A program made the translations under genes and the position numbers. A stretch of DNA of 51,214 nucleotides from an uncultured Pirellulaceae bacterium (GTDB lineage Bacteria; Planctomycetota; Planctomycetia; Pirellulales; Pirellulaceae). Positions 19,748 through 30,160 of the stretch are shown piece after piece. Under the pieces are notes generated by a model that saw only the letters and a program-made list of their open reading frames with translations, was not told the origin of the DNA and made no database searches. The stretch covers positions 18,883 through 70,096 of the forward strand of contig CAZQQR010000001.1 in NCBI GenBank assembly GCA_964595515.1, read 5' to 3'. How positions within the stretch are numbered: position 1 is the stretch's first letter; each line of letters starts with the position of its first letter.

Positions 19748-19923
19748 TTGGATTGCTCCGGGAATTAAGTGTTCGCCAGTAAAATAATGACCAAGTTGTA
19801 ATTCTCAATGAAGTTTGTAACCAATAGATATAACTGAAAATAACACAGATGAAAGATGGTGAAATACGCGATTGTATGTCGGTGCACGTAGTGATTCGTC
19901 AAAACTAAAAATTAGGATTGACC

Positions 19924-19990
19924 GTAGTGGACGAGTTTACGAGTCCCTAGCGTTTGTTGGCTCGAAAGGACTCGTAGCCTCGTCCACTAC
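19924..19990. repeat. GTAG-type REPIN (inverted REP doublet)
   Basis: GTAGTGGACGAGTTTACGAGTCC (19924-19946) and the inverted copy GGACTCGTAGCCTCGTCCACTAC (19968-19990); 21/23 match, 21-bp spacer. Confidence 0.85.
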
Positions 19991-20149
19991 CCAAACTTGA
20001 CCTTTGAATGGCCACTCGCGAATGACTCGCCGCTTGATTACAGAAAATAGGCTGTTACCGCGATTGGATTTCCAATTGTTTGTCATACTTGCGAATATTC
20101 GTTCCCTATTTGTTTGAGGCAAAACCGTAAGAAACGGAAATGAATTCGT

Positions 20150-21178
20150 TCAGCGGTTGCCACCCTCAGCCCCGATAGCTTTCTTTGACAGTGCTTTGGC
20201 GTCTAGCACTTTTTGACCATCTTCATCGGCGACTGAAAATTTGAATCCGGTGCTGGTGCCTGCTGCTCCGTATTCCCCAGATTTGTTGATGGCAATAAAG
20301 TTGATATCAAGGTCGTCCAATCCCTTTGGATCAAGCTCTGCGATTCGAAGAACGGCTTGCTCACAAGCCTCAACGGGCGATGCCCCATTCCTCATCATTT
20401 CGACCACCAGAAACGAGCCGCAATGTCGCATGACATTCTCACCAAGCCCGGTAGCCCCAGCGGCCCCAATTTTGTTGTCAACGTATAGTCCGCTGCCAAT
20501 GATCGGCGAGTCCCCTACTCTCCCAGGGATTTTGTAACCCCAGCCGCTGGTCGAGCACCCGCCATAGAGATCACCCTTTGAGTCCAGTCCAAGCATCGCA
20601 ATCGTGTCATGCTTGTCTTCGTTGATCGTGGGGGCTTCAGCCGGATTGGAATCGGAATTTTGTTTTTCTTTCCACTGCTTCCATTCGAGGTTTTGTTTGT
20701 CGGTAAGTAAATTTGTTTCAGGTTTTCCATGTTGAATTGCAAACTTCCGTGCGCCTTCGCCGACCAGCATCACGTGAGGTGTTTTCTCCATGACGAGCCG
20801 CGCCACTGAGATTGGATGAAGAATGTTTTGGACGGCAGCGACGCTTCCCGCATTGTGGTCGGGGCCAGACATAATGCAGGCGTCCAATTCAACGTTGCCC
20901 TCAGCATTGGGTATGCCCCCAATTCCAACCGAAGCGTTCTTGACATCGCTTTCGGTAACCCAAATCCCTTTTTCGATCGCGTCTAACATCGAAGCCGACT
21001 TGGCAATTTTAACGGCTTCGGCACAAGCAAATTTTCCAAACGGCCAGGTCGCAATAAATAGCGGACGAGTTTGAGCTTGATCCACTCCGTTCATGGACGT
21101 CTTAAGCGATGCGACTCCCGCCGCGCCCACTGCGGCCGCAATTCCAGATGAGCGTATGATAAAATTTCTACGATCCAT
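20150..21178 (-). CDS. N4-(beta-N-acetylglucosaminyl)-L-asparaginase (glycosylasparaginase, Ntn hydrolase), Tat-exported
   Basis: MDRRNFI Tat motif; VELDACIM, HPISVAR, HD/TIAMLG autocleavage site, STSG..KIPGRVGDSPIIGSG. Confidence 0.9.
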   Translation of the reverse strand: MDRRNFIIRSSGIAAAVGAAGVASLKTSMNGVDQAQTRPLFIATWPFGKFACAEAVKIAKSASMLDAIEKGIWVTESDVKNASVGIGGIPNAEGNVELDACIMSGPDHNAGSVAAVQNILHPISVARLVMEKTPHVMLVGEGARKFAIQHGKPETNLLTDKQNLEWKQWKEKQNSDSNPAEAPTINEDKHDTIAMLGLDSKGDLYGGCSTSGWGYKIPGRVGDSPIIGSGLYVDNKIGAAGATGLGENVMRHCGSFLVVEMMRNGASPVEACEQAVLRIAELDPKGLDDLDINFIAINKSGEYGAAGTSTGFKFSVADEDGQKVLDAKALSKKAIGAEGGNR

Positions 21179-21356
21179 GATGTTGGGATGCTCCAAGAAA
21201 AAAAAGGCAACATGTGGCGGCAGCAAACCTCGAATTTACACCGGTTTTTAGGGCACGGGTAGATATTGCGGCTTTTTAAAAATTTTCGGCGACATATCGA
21301 ATTTGGATTCGTAGATCGACTTAGAGTCTCATTGAACAACGCAATTGGGGAAAAGC

Positions 21357-22196
21357 ATGGCGATCAAGGTTCCAAGCGGTGATGGTGAAGTCAATGTCTA
21401 CAACGCGACGACTTCTACGGTTCACAACCCAAAGGTTTTCTACGTCAACGGGATTCGAACCGAAGGTCGCGACCACGCCCGAACCGCAACAATGCTCTCG
21501 ATTTTGACAGAGCGGCCAATCACCGGAATTTACAACAAGACCGGCGGCGCATTAGCAGATCTAGGCCAAAGCGCTTTGGATTATCTTCAGAATGCTGGAG
21601 CCCGTGCGTCAAGCAGCAAACTGACTCCATCCACCAACATTCCAACCGCCGACATCCCACGAGTTGTCGAAGAAGTGATTCGTAAATCGTTTGTTTGGAA
21701 CAAAGGAACCGTCTCGTTGTTCCGCCAATTGATGCTTAGTCATAGCTCACGGCGTTTTGTAGTCGCTCACAGCCAAGGTAATATGTTGACTTCCAATGCC
21801 CTATTTATCATCGAAAAAGTATTTGGTTCCGCGGCTTTAAAAACCATTCGAGTGTTTTCTTTGGCTTCGCCTTCTCCAGGTTGGCCTGTCGGATTGAGAA
21901 TCACCAATGGCGGTGGTGGTCGTCAAGAAAACGCATTTATGAATGATATGGTCGCGTTGCTGCGGCCACATAACTTGGCTGCAAAAGTCGGAGTGAAGAA
22001 ATTTCAAAACGCTGGTGATTTTAGAACTCACCCTGAAGGCGGCGTTGTTGGAGTTCGAGCCCACGACATCCCTGACAACATGGGTTTGAACTTTCTTCAG
22101 TCGATTCGGAACGATCTTGGCCTGACGCCGAATTTGGATCCAAAACTCTTGGAGAATGCTGCTAAGCGGGCGGAGCAGTTGGCACTATTGAAATAG
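21357..22196 (+). CDS. Hypothetical alpha/beta-hydrolase-like protein
   Basis: FYVNGI oxyanion-like strand, VVAHSQG nucleophile elbow, candidate Asp (NDMV) and His (AHD); no signal peptide. Confidence 0.7.
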   Translation: MAIKVPSGDGEVNVYNATTSTVHNPKVFYVNGIRTEGRDHARTATMLSILTERPITGIYNKTGGALADLGQSALDYLQNAGARASSSKLTPSTNIPTADIPRVVEEVIRKSFVWNKGTVSLFRQLMLSHSSRRFVVAHSQGNMLTSNALFIIEKVFGSAALKTIRVFSLASPSPGWPVGLRITNGGGGRQENAFMNDMVALLRPHNLAAKVGVKKFQNAGDFRTHPEGGVVGVRAHDIPDNMGLNFLQSIRNDLGLTPNLDPKLLENAAKRAEQLALLK

Positions 22197-22643
22197 GTGC
22201 TTCGGTGGCGACTGTGGGTTCACCCTCTCGTTGACGACGGTTGTCCGGCGGCGTTAGGTGTATCGTGACATCGGTCAATTCGTTACATCGTTCGGTGGGA
22301 CAACGATGAGGTTTGCTCGTCAGGCACAGCCTGACCTACGATTGCTTGCCGACTTTGATCGCCTGTTCTTTCGGCATTACCAATCGCGTTGGCCATTCGT
22401 TTACCAAGACGACGGCTGCCGAGCGGCCGTCTGCAAATTAGCGGCTTCCAGCAGGGCTGGTCCACGCAACTTCCTTATCGGTATAGTTTTCGCTCCTACG
22501 AACGAGGCCTTTGCCTCATTTTTAACCGCCAATGGCTTTGCTGCGATCTAGTCCGTCCGGTCTCGGCGGTGCCGCTCCAAGCACTGGCCGCAGCGATTTT
22601 TGCGGCGACAGCGCGTTGTTGCTGCGGTCATCACACCCCGGTC
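22197..22643. repeat. GC-rich intergenic cluster of palindromes including GTAG-type REP remnants
   Basis: GTCAGGCACAGCCTGACCTAC (22319-22339, reverse complement GTAGGTCAGGCTGTGCCTGAC), CGCTCCTAC (22491-22499) and at least 6 further short stems; no convincing ORF. Confidence 0.55.
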
Positions 22644-23558
22644 TTACACGGCGACAGCGTCGATCTCGTAGTTTCGCAGAGTCGCTCGGAGTGCCTTAAG
22701 CTGCTCATCGTTGAGGGCAACCATCGGCAGTCGAAGTTCACCTGAATCGCGTCCCATCTCTGCCATGGCGGCCTTAAGTGGAATCGGATTTGTGGCTAGT
22801 CCAAGCATGTCCCGACAAAGTGGAAACAGCTTGTGATGCCACTGCTGTGCCTGTTGAATGTCGCCACTTCTGAACGCTTGAAGCATCGCCAGCATGTCTT
22901 GCGGAACGATGTTGCCGACCACCGAAACAACGCCTTCGCCACCGATCGAAAGCAAAGGAAGCGTCAAACTGTCATCGCCACTCAAGACCGTCAGGTTGGT
23001 CAATGAGAGCACTTGAGAAGCTTGATCAAGTGAGCCAGTTGCTTCTTTGACCATCGTCACATTGCCAAACTCACCGATACGAGCAATCGTTTCCGGCTCA
23101 ATGTTCTTTCCTGTTCGTCCGGGAATGTTGTAGACGCAGATTGGAATTTCGACCGCTTCGGAAATGGCTTTGTAGTGTTGGTAAAAACCTTCTTGGGTTG
23201 GTTTGTTGTAGTAGGGAGCGACCTGAAGCGTAGCGTCTGCACCTTCTTTGGCGGCCCATTCGGTCAGACTGATCGCTTCGTCAGTGCTGTTAGATCCGGT
23301 TCCGGCCATGACTTTGATTCGGCCTGAAGCAATTTGAATCGTCTCCGAGATTACTCGCTCATGCTCAGGATGCGACAGTGTCGGAGACTCGCCAGTGGTT
23401 CCGACTGGGACAAGGCAGTTGGTTCCGTTTTCAATTTGGAATTCGATCTGCTCTCTTAAACGATCAACGTCAAGTTTGCCATCTTTGAACGGTGTCACAA
23501 TCGCTACTGAGAGACCCGCGAAATCCGAACCTTTACGCGCTGAATGTGAACCTGACAT
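22644..23558 (-). CDS. dapA: 4-hydroxy-tetrahydrodipicolinate synthase
   Basis: AIVTPF, GTTGES, APYYNKP, YNIPGRT, VKEATG, SGDD; AGGAG SD before ATG 23558. Confidence 0.95.
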   Translation of the reverse strand: MSGSHSARKGSDFAGLSVAIVTPFKDGKLDVDRLREQIEFQIENGTNCLVPVGTTGESPTLSHPEHERVISETIQIASGRIKVMAGTGSNSTDEAISLTEWAAKEGADATLQVAPYYNKPTQEGFYQHYKAISEAVEIPICVYNIPGRTGKNIEPETIARIGEFGNVTMVKEATGSLDQASQVLSLTNLTVLSGDDSLTLPLLSIGGEGVVSVVGNIVPQDMLAMLQAFRSGDIQQAQQWHHKLFPLCRDMLGLATNPIPLKAAMAEMGRDSGELRLPMVALNDEQLKALRATLRNYEIDAVAV

Positions 23559-23784
23559 AACTACTCCTATCGTTTGTTTAATTTTTTCTCTTCTCAAGCC
23601 AGCGCTAATGATACGGGTTTCAAACCTCATTTCCTAGCGTTCAAATTTGATTCGATCGAATAATCCCGCTTGGATAAACAGGCGTAACTTTGACGCTTAG
23701 TTGACCGCAACTTTTGGTTGGCAGCAACGATTTGTTGGCCGCGACCACATGATTTGGTCATAGTCCAGTTCTGTTTTGCCAGAT

Positions 23785-24513
23785 TTAAGCCGTTGCAGAA
23801 TCGCAAAGGTCTTTCATTTCACGAACTGCTTGTTGAAATCCAACAAACAATGCTCGTGAGACAATGCTATGGCCAATGTTCAGCTCGTTGAGATTTGGAA
23901 TTTTTGCCACAGGAAGCACATTCGAATACGTCAATCCATGGCCGGCATCAACATGCAGGCCAAGCTGGTGTCCCAGTTCACAGCCCGCGTTGAGTGATTG
24001 AAGTTCTTTCTCAACCGATTCCGGGGAGCCAATCGCGTGTGCATAAGTCCCGGTGTGCAACTCAATGGCTTCAGCTCCGAGTTCTTTTGAAAGTTCGATT
24101 TGAGAACTTTCTGGATCGATAAACAAGCTAACGATGATCCCCTCTGATTGAAGTTGCTCAATCGCGTTCGCAACGCGGGATCGATTACCAACAACATCCA
24201 ATCCGCCTTCGGTGGAAATTTCCTCGCGTTTTTCGGGCACCAGGCAGACTTGATGCGGTTTTAATTCACACGCGATTCCCAGCATCTCATCGACACAGGC
24301 GCATTCAAGATTTAACCTGACGTTGACGGTGTCGCGAAGAATCCGAACGTCGCGATCCTGAATATGACGTCGGTCTTCACGGAGGTGAACTGTGATTTGA
24401 TCTGCACCTCCTAGTTCAGCCATGGCGGCGGCCCAAACAGGATCAGGCTCGGTGGTTTGCCGAGCTTGCCTGACGGTTGCGACATGATCAATGTTGACTC
24501 CGAGTGTTGGCAT
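23785..24513 (-). CDS. pdxJ: Pyridoxine 5'-phosphate synthase
   Basis: [48 protein letters not shown]. Confidence 0.97.
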   Translation of the reverse strand: MPTLGVNIDHVATVRQARQTTEPDPVWAAAMAELGGADQITVHLREDRRHIQDRDVRILRDTVNVRLNLECACVDEMLGIACELKPHQVCLVPEKREEISTEGGLDVVGNRSRVANAIEQLQSEGIIVSLFIDPESSQIELSKELGAEAIELHTGTYAHAIGSPESVEKELQSLNAGCELGHQLGLHVDAGHGLTYSNVLPVAKIPNLNELNIGHSIVSRALFVGFQQAVREMKDLCDSATA

Positions 24514-24581
24514 CGTTCGTTCCGATTGGTGGTCAGTGTTAGTGAGTATTTTAGTGAATTAAGTTGTTTCGAATTCGCAAA

Positions 24582-25586
24582 TCAAGAATTTTCGATATTG
24601 GTTTTCACACCATGATTGTCCGCTTTTGTGAAATCAATCAAGATGCGATCCTGATAAAGCTCCTGAAGTTTCTCCATTGCTGCGTCCGCGCTGTCTTTGT
24701 TTGGGGCAATGGCAAAAACCGAGGGTCCCCAAGATGATTGCCCGACTGCCAGGATGTCCATACTGCGGATTTGATGGACCAAGTTTTCGATCTCTTTGCC
24801 GTTGTAAGGGCCACCTTGAACCGACTCAAACATCATGCCGCTTTGGTAGCCGAACTCATAAACTGCTTCTCCAAACAATTCGTAATCTGTTTGCAATACA
24901 CCCGGAATCATGCGATCGCGAACGATGTTCACCATGTTCTCTCGCTGAGAATTGGAAACCAGCGGAAGCTCCTGGAACGCATTCGTTTCAGATTCTCCCG
25001 ATAATCCTGAACCCTTGACGTCGCTATTGAGACGGACAACCAAGATCGGCCATTGTTCGGGGAAATCGGTTCGAAAATCGAGCGGAGACAAACTTTCGTT
25101 GTTTCGTTTTCCTCGGTCAACCAAAAAACCACCCTGAAAAAAACCATAGCTACCAATTGCAGAGCGTTTTCCTCGGCCGACGATTGCGGTGAACTCTTCG
25201 ATCGAAGGCATCTCGATTTCGAAATACTTGAGAACGGCAGTCGCGGTTGCCAAGGCTAGTTGAGTGCCTGACCCAAGTCCCACATGTCGACAAAGCTCCG
25301 ACTCAATCGAGATCGCAATGGGAAGGTCTACAGCCGATTTGACGTCAAGATCCGGACGTTCTTTTTGAATCAAGGGAAAACAACCTGCCAGAGCAGATTG
25401 ACAGGCTGCCGATTCTGGACCACTGATCGTCAGTCGATCGTCTCCAGTTACACCAATCGCAACGCGCGGGTGATCGAGAGTCATCCCAACACCGCCGAAT
25501 CGTAGCCCGCCAACATTGCCCGCTGAAAATAATCCAAAATGCAAACGTGACGGCGCGGAAACTTTGACTTTGATATCGTTAGGCAC
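24582..25586 (-). CDS. mptG: Beta-ribofuranosylaminobenzene 5'-phosphate (RFAP) synthase, GHMP family
   Basis: APSRLHFG, HVGLGSGTQL, GRGKRSAIG, GGFLVDRG, GQSSWGP; clustered with other methanopterin genes. Confidence 0.85.
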   Translation of the reverse strand: MPNDIKVKVSAPSRLHFGLFSAGNVGGLRFGGVGMTLDHPRVAIGVTGDDRLTISGPESAACQSALAGCFPLIQKERPDLDVKSAVDLPIAISIESELCRHVGLGSGTQLALATATAVLKYFEIEMPSIEEFTAIVGRGKRSAIGSYGFFQGGFLVDRGKRNNESLSPLDFRTDFPEQWPILVVRLNSDVKGSGLSGESETNAFQELPLVSNSQRENMVNIVRDRMIPGVLQTDYELFGEAVYEFGYQSGMMFESVQGGPYNGKEIENLVHQIRSMDILAVGQSSWGPSVFAIAPNKDSADAAMEKLQELYQDRILIDFTKADNHGVKTNIENS

Positions 25587-26178
25587 CAGTTGAGTTCTCC
25601 GCTGCCGGATTCAAGTCTGCGCGTTTGTGTTGCTCAATAAATTCGGAGAGTAGTTTGAAAGCTCGATGCTCGCTCAGCCCACCAGTTTTATCTACAATCG
25701 TTTGAAATCTTGAAAACGAATCCGTGATTTCGCTCATCGGCAAAAAATCAACTCGCGTGGAAAGAATAGCCGCTTCGATAACGGCATGCTTGGCTCGGTT
25801 GAAGCCAAAAAAATCTCGCATCCGATGAACTTTTACTGTTCGGCAGTTAAGGTTCATCCGCGGGCCAGTCTCGTCGATGTATTCGACTTTGAATTCATAG
25901 GCACGACAGGCACTCTTAAGAATGCAACCCACAACGTCTTCCGCAGGCGTGATTGAGGGAGCTTTAATCGTTCCAATCGCGGCCCGGGCAAACATTTCTG
26001 AATCGTCCGTCACGTGAAGGACACCACAGCGCGTGCGTTTAAGATTTGCAAAGGTTCGGGAAGTATCAAACGGACGCAGTTCAAATGTCGCCATCGTTTC
26101 ATGGATCGTCGGTCCCATAGGTGCAACGTTCGTGGTGCCATCTGAGTTAGTCGAAGTCACAATTGATTCGAGGATCAT
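25579..26178 (-). CDS. DUF447 family protein (Orf19-like, tetrahydromethanopterin biosynthesis)
   Basis: MILESIVTS..NVAPMG, LRPFDTSRTFANL, GFNRAKHAVIEAAILSTR; overlaps both neighbours. Confidence 0.85.
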   Translation of the reverse strand: MILESIVTSTNSDGTTNVAPMGPTIHETMATFELRPFDTSRTFANLKRTRCGVLHVTDDSEMFARAAIGTIKAPSITPAEDVVGCILKSACRAYEFKVEYIDETGPRMNLNCRTVKVHRMRDFFGFNRAKHAVIEAAILSTRVDFLPMSEITDSFSRFQTIVDKTGGLSEHRAFKLLSEFIEQHKRADLNPAAENSTGA

Positions 26179-26855
26179 GGTGCTTCCTTTGTGGATAGTC
26201 GATCGGAAAGCTCAAACCTCTGTTGACCAACGGAGACCCCCGCCATTTCACTTTCCTGAATTCCACTTCCAGATTGGCTTGTTTGGATACCAGCCAGTGT
26301 CAAGAAATTCGCAATCAGTTGATAGCCGCAATCGGTCATGATTGATTCTGGATGAAACTGTAGTCCGATGACTGGATGATCATTATGTTCAATCGCCATG
26401 ATCACGCCGTCGTCTGTTCGAGCGGTAACGCGAAGTGAGTTCGGCAAGTCTTTCGTGTCTCCAACGAGCGAATGGTAACGCCCCGCTGAAAACGTTTCAG
26501 AAATGCCGGTAAACATTCTTGAGCCATCGTGCGTTAATTGACTTGAGCGGCCATGAACTGGTTGTGCACCACGAATCACCGTGCCGCCCAGCGCCTGGAT
26601 GATGGCTTGGTGACCAAGGCAGACTCCCAGTATCGGGGTCGATTTGTAAAGTTCCGAAACCACAGCAAGAGAGCACCCCGCTTCGTTGGGTGTGCAAGGT
26701 CCGGGCGAAATGACGATGGCAGACGGAGAGAGTTCTTTTATTTGTTCAACGTCAATATCATCATTTCTAACAACACGCGTTTCGCAACCAAGCCGCCGAA
26801 AATATCGGGCAAGGTTGTGAACGAAGCTGTCGTAGTTATCGATGACTAGAATCAT
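26175..26855 (-). CDS. pabA: Aminodeoxychorismate/anthranilate synthase component II (glutamine amidotransferase)
   Basis: IDNYDSF, SPGPCTP, GVCLGHQ, RYHSL, QFHPES; pterin-pathway context. Confidence 0.85.
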   Translation of the reverse strand: MILVIDNYDSFVHNLARYFRRLGCETRVVRNDDIDVEQIKELSPSAIVISPGPCTPNEAGCSLAVVSELYKSTPILGVCLGHQAIIQALGGTVIRGAQPVHGRSSQLTHDGSRMFTGISETFSAGRYHSLVGDTKDLPNSLRVTARTDDGVIMAIEHNDHPVIGLQFHPESIMTDCGYQLIANFLTLAGIQTSQSGSGIQESEMAGVSVGQQRFELSDRLSTKEAP

Positions 26856-26907
26856 GGTTTGGGTTTAAGTTGGAAGGCAGGCTTCGGAGCCCAGTTGCAG
26901 TCAAGGT

Positions 26908-28449
26908 TCAAGGGCCGGAGGTTGAGTTGCGAATTGTTGAATTTGGTTGGGAAACGGCTCGCAGCATGCCAGCAGCCTTTGTCCAAGTTTCCTCATACTC
27001 ACGGACGGGATCAGACTGGCTGACAATTCCGCCACCCACTGGAATTTGCCACCAGCCACCTGCTGAAGTGATCGTCCGTATCAGGATGCTGAAATCCGAA
27101 TTGTCGTCAAAGCCAAGATAGCCGAGTGCACCACAATAAGCACCCCTCGCGCTGGGTTCCAGATTCGATATGATCTCCATCGCTCGAACTTTTGGGGCTC
27201 CCGTGATCGAGCCACCTGGAAAGATAGATTCCAAGACATCAATTGAGTTATGGTTTGGCTTTAGCCTGCCCTGCACTGCACTCACTAGGTGCAACACACT
27301 TTGGTAGGCTTCCAATTCACAAAGCTGCGTGACGACTATCGAGTCGTCTTCACACACTCGCGACAGGTCGTTTCGCATCAGGTCAACGATCATCGTGTTT
27401 TCGGCGCGATCTTTTTCACTCGCTAACAGCTCTTCCTTCGCCTGAATGTCGACCAAAGGTTGACCCGTCCGTCGTCTCGTGCCCTTGATTGGACGGACTT
27501 CGATTGTGCCGCCGCGGACCGAGAAAAAACGCTCGGGCGATGCACTAATGATTTGAGCATCGACGTTAGAAATCTTGCTTAAGTCAAAATAGCCGCTAAA
27601 AGGCGCTGGATTGCATTCGCAAAGCCTTAGGAACAACTCGATCGGCCCGCAATCAGCAGGAAAAAGGAGACGCTGAGCAAGGTTGATTTGAAACACGTCG
27701 CCAGCGCGAATGTACTCAACACATTTTTCAACGTTGGCGATATATTCTTGACGAGAAAAATTGCTTTGAAGTCCTTTCGGGCCATCGACGATATTGACTG
27801 GATTCGGTTGACAGGCATTTCGTTTGGATTCCTGTTCTCGTAGCTGACTGGAATTCTCGCCTTCTTTGTCAGGTTCCAGATTCGTCTCTAGCAGTTGCCC
27901 AAAATACTGTGCTCGCTCGCTCGCTCGTTCTGATCTAGCCGACGAATCAGTTTCTGGGAATCCTTGGGAAATGATCCAAGCTCTGTCTTGATCATGATCC
28001 CATGCAATCACGACGTCATAAACGCCAGCAACGATCGCAGGTAATTCGAATTCGTCATTGCGAGGCGCGCCAATGGATTCGATGGAACGATTCAAGTCGT
28101 AACTAAAGAGCCCCGCAATACCGCCTTGGAATGGCGGGAGATCAGGAATCGTCTGAGCTGAAAAATTTGAAAGAGAGTTTCGAATGTGTTCGAAAGGCGT
28201 TTTGGTTCCGACCGGTTCTACAATGGTTTGAAATGGATCGGCCACCAAGAACGAATACCGCCCGAGCGGTTGTTCGGCCGAGTTCGAAATCTTCATGGCG
28301 CTATTGAGTAAAAGAACGCCCGGAAGACTGGCCAGTTGTTTCAAGGCGGTTTCAACCCTAGGAGCGGGAGCAAGCTCAACCACGACCGTCGGCTGGGAGG
28401 CTGGATTTGCTGGATCGCTTCGTTTGGTTGGGTCGTCTGTCTTGGTCAC
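26908..28449 (-). CDS. pabB: Aminodeoxychorismate synthase component I
   Basis: GRYSF, PPFQGG, ASPERF, RPIKGTRRR (PabB-type Lys), KDRAENTMIVDLMRNDL, PGGSITGAPK. Confidence 0.85.
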   Translation of the reverse strand: MTKTDDPTKRSDPANPASQPTVVVELAPAPRVETALKQLASLPGVLLLNSAMKISNSAEQPLGRYSFLVADPFQTIVEPVGTKTPFEHIRNSLSNFSAQTIPDLPPFQGGIAGLFSYDLNRSIESIGAPRNDEFELPAIVAGVYDVVIAWDHDQDRAWIISQGFPETDSSARSERASERAQYFGQLLETNLEPDKEGENSSQLREQESKRNACQPNPVNIVDGPKGLQSNFSRQEYIANVEKCVEYIRAGDVFQINLAQRLLFPADCGPIELFLRLCECNPAPFSGYFDLSKISNVDAQIISASPERFFSVRGGTIEVRPIKGTRRRTGQPLVDIQAKEELLASEKDRAENTMIVDLMRNDLSRVCEDDSIVVTQLCELEAYQSVLHLVSAVQGRLKPNHNSIDVLESIFPGGSITGAPKVRAMEIISNLEPSARGAYCGALGYLGFDDNSDFSILIRTITSAGGWWQIPVGGGIVSQSDPVREYEETWTKAAGMLRAVSQPNSTIRNSTSGP

Positions 28450-28556
28450 GAGTGAATTAATGCTTCGTCGATTCGAAAATCAATATTTCAAAATAGAAAG
28501 TAGTAAAAAAATGATAGAGCGGAGAAAGTGCCTGGGAAGAAGACACAAATTCCAGT

Positions 28557-29945
28557 TTATTTTTTCCGTCCACGTTTTAGGCGATGCCGGTCAGTTTCGG
28601 GAACTGTCAAAAATCCCCAATCCAGAGCTTCGTCCTGAGTGTACTGTTTGCCAAGCTGCATCGCGATGAGCGCTTTACACATTTCATAGCCAAGGTAAAA
28701 CGCGTGTGACGGATCCACGTTGGTGGGGTTGGACTGCATCAATTGATCGAACGTTTTAAAGGGGTCGGCGTCATGAAAGTGGTGTTGGCTTCCCAGCAAG
28801 TGAACTTCGTCCGCTTCCGCAAAAATTCGATAGTTGTTGTCTTTGATTTGAGACGCTAACTGGCTAATCTCTTCGACACCGAATTGTAGTAGTTTCGTGT
28901 CTCGTAAAATCACGAGTTCGTCACTCAAATGTTTGGGGGGGACTTGGTGATTGATTGAATAATAAACCAATTTTCTCGCGAGATCGCATTCTTTCACGCT
29001 GGTCCGCGACCAGTTGATAACCTGTGTTGTGAGGACGCTGCGGATTCCAAGCTCTTGACAGATCGCCAACAACAAAACGTTGATTCCAGCAGAATCAACG
29101 TCGGTCAATTCTGTAATGTTGCCGATGCCCATCATCATTTCGGCTTCTGGCCATCGCTCGCGAGCCTGAATGTATCTGCCTAGGCTAGCTGTGAATCCAA
29201 GCCCAATCGGTTCAAGAATTGGATCGATTCGGATGGCAACATTTTTAGACGCCAAGAAGTCGATCGTTTCTTCCATCGAATGGATGTCACGAATGTCATC
29301 CGGAATCACGACGACTTCGCAGCCCCAATCAACGGCTCGCTCGCGATTAGATGCGTTGACCGAAAGCACCAGTTCCGATCCTGATTGAATCGCAGGTTCA
29401 ATCTCATCCGGGTTTAAACTGTCAATCGAGACGTTTAGGCCAAGGTCTTTGATGGCCCGAACACAATCGCTTACACCGGACCAAGTCGAGTTTGGTTCAC
29501 AGCCAACATCGATCCAGTTTGCTCCATCATTCGCTAGTGCTTGGGCCTTCTGCAAAATCTCTTCCAACGGCAACCGTGGCGCGTGGTTAATTTCAGCGAT
29601 GATTTCGATGTCCGACTTTCCAAAATCTGATCGATCACTTTTTTGGCCAAAGTGATCCGGAAGCCGGCGAAGGTCTTTGGGGCCACGCTCGACAGGAACA
29701 TCGGTGATCTCGATAATTGGATCGAAGTCGCCAAGACAGTATCCCGGCAATACTAGCCGGTCGGTTCCCGGTGGAATTTGGAGTCTTGGAGCGATCCATT
29801 TGGGCGTCAGTAGAGCCGCGACGGTAATCGGGAGGACTTGGATCGTAAATTCAAATTCAGCTTTGGGTGCGAGATCGTCTAGCGTGTTTCGAAGTGCGGC
29901 TTCCGCGAGTCGCCCGGTAATAAAGTGGATTTTCTCTCGCGGCAT
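28557..29945 (-). CDS. Dihydropteroate synthase-related protein (DUF6513/Orf20-like, methanopterin pathway)
   Basis: HFITGRLAE, VAALLTP, GPKDLRRLP, IIAEINHAP, DPILEPIG, MGIGNITELTDVDS, HAFYLGYE..KA, YTQDE. Confidence 0.85.
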   Translation of the reverse strand: MPREKIHFITGRLAEAALRNTLDDLAPKAEFEFTIQVLPITVAALLTPKWIAPRLQIPPGTDRLVLPGYCLGDFDPIIEITDVPVERGPKDLRRLPDHFGQKSDRSDFGKSDIEIIAEINHAPRLPLEEILQKAQALANDGANWIDVGCEPNSTWSGVSDCVRAIKDLGLNVSIDSLNPDEIEPAIQSGSELVLSVNASNRERAVDWGCEVVVIPDDIRDIHSMEETIDFLASKNVAIRIDPILEPIGLGFTASLGRYIQARERWPEAEMMMGIGNITELTDVDSAGINVLLLAICQELGIRSVLTTQVINWSRTSVKECDLARKLVYYSINHQVPPKHLSDELVILRDTKLLQFGVEEISQLASQIKDNNYRIFAEADEVHLLGSQHHFHDADPFKTFDQLMQSNPTNVDPSHAFYLGYEMCKALIAMQLGKQYTQDEALDWGFLTVPETDRHRLKRGRKK

Positions 29946-30160
29946 GGACAGTTCTATTGGGTGCCTAAAAACAGGTATCAGGTTGTGGGAACGATTGGAA
30001 TCCGCAAAATGCCAACTTCTCTTGGCAAATAGAGGATGGAACGGATTAATTTCCTTGTTCCGGGAATGAGCTTTGCCTATTTTTGAATAGATGTGGTTTT
30101 TTGGCTACATCTCTCCTGCCAATTGACAAACATTTTTGTCTCAATCGTTCGATCTGCATC

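Noticed and set aside
22197-22260. Integron attC site (GTTAGGT at 22253-22259 after a stop codon)
   Set aside because: No matching RYYYAAC inverse core, no cassette array and no integrase
22197-22643. tmRNA, RNase P or SRP RNA, or the 97-aa and 118-aa ORFs
   Set aside because: No GAGGAAAGTCC, no tRNA-like ends with a tag ORF, no SRP core; the ORFs have no recognisable features
26175-28449. trpE/trpG assignment
   Set aside because: The PIKGT lysine motif and pterin-pathway neighbours favour pabB/pabA; no other trp genes are nearby
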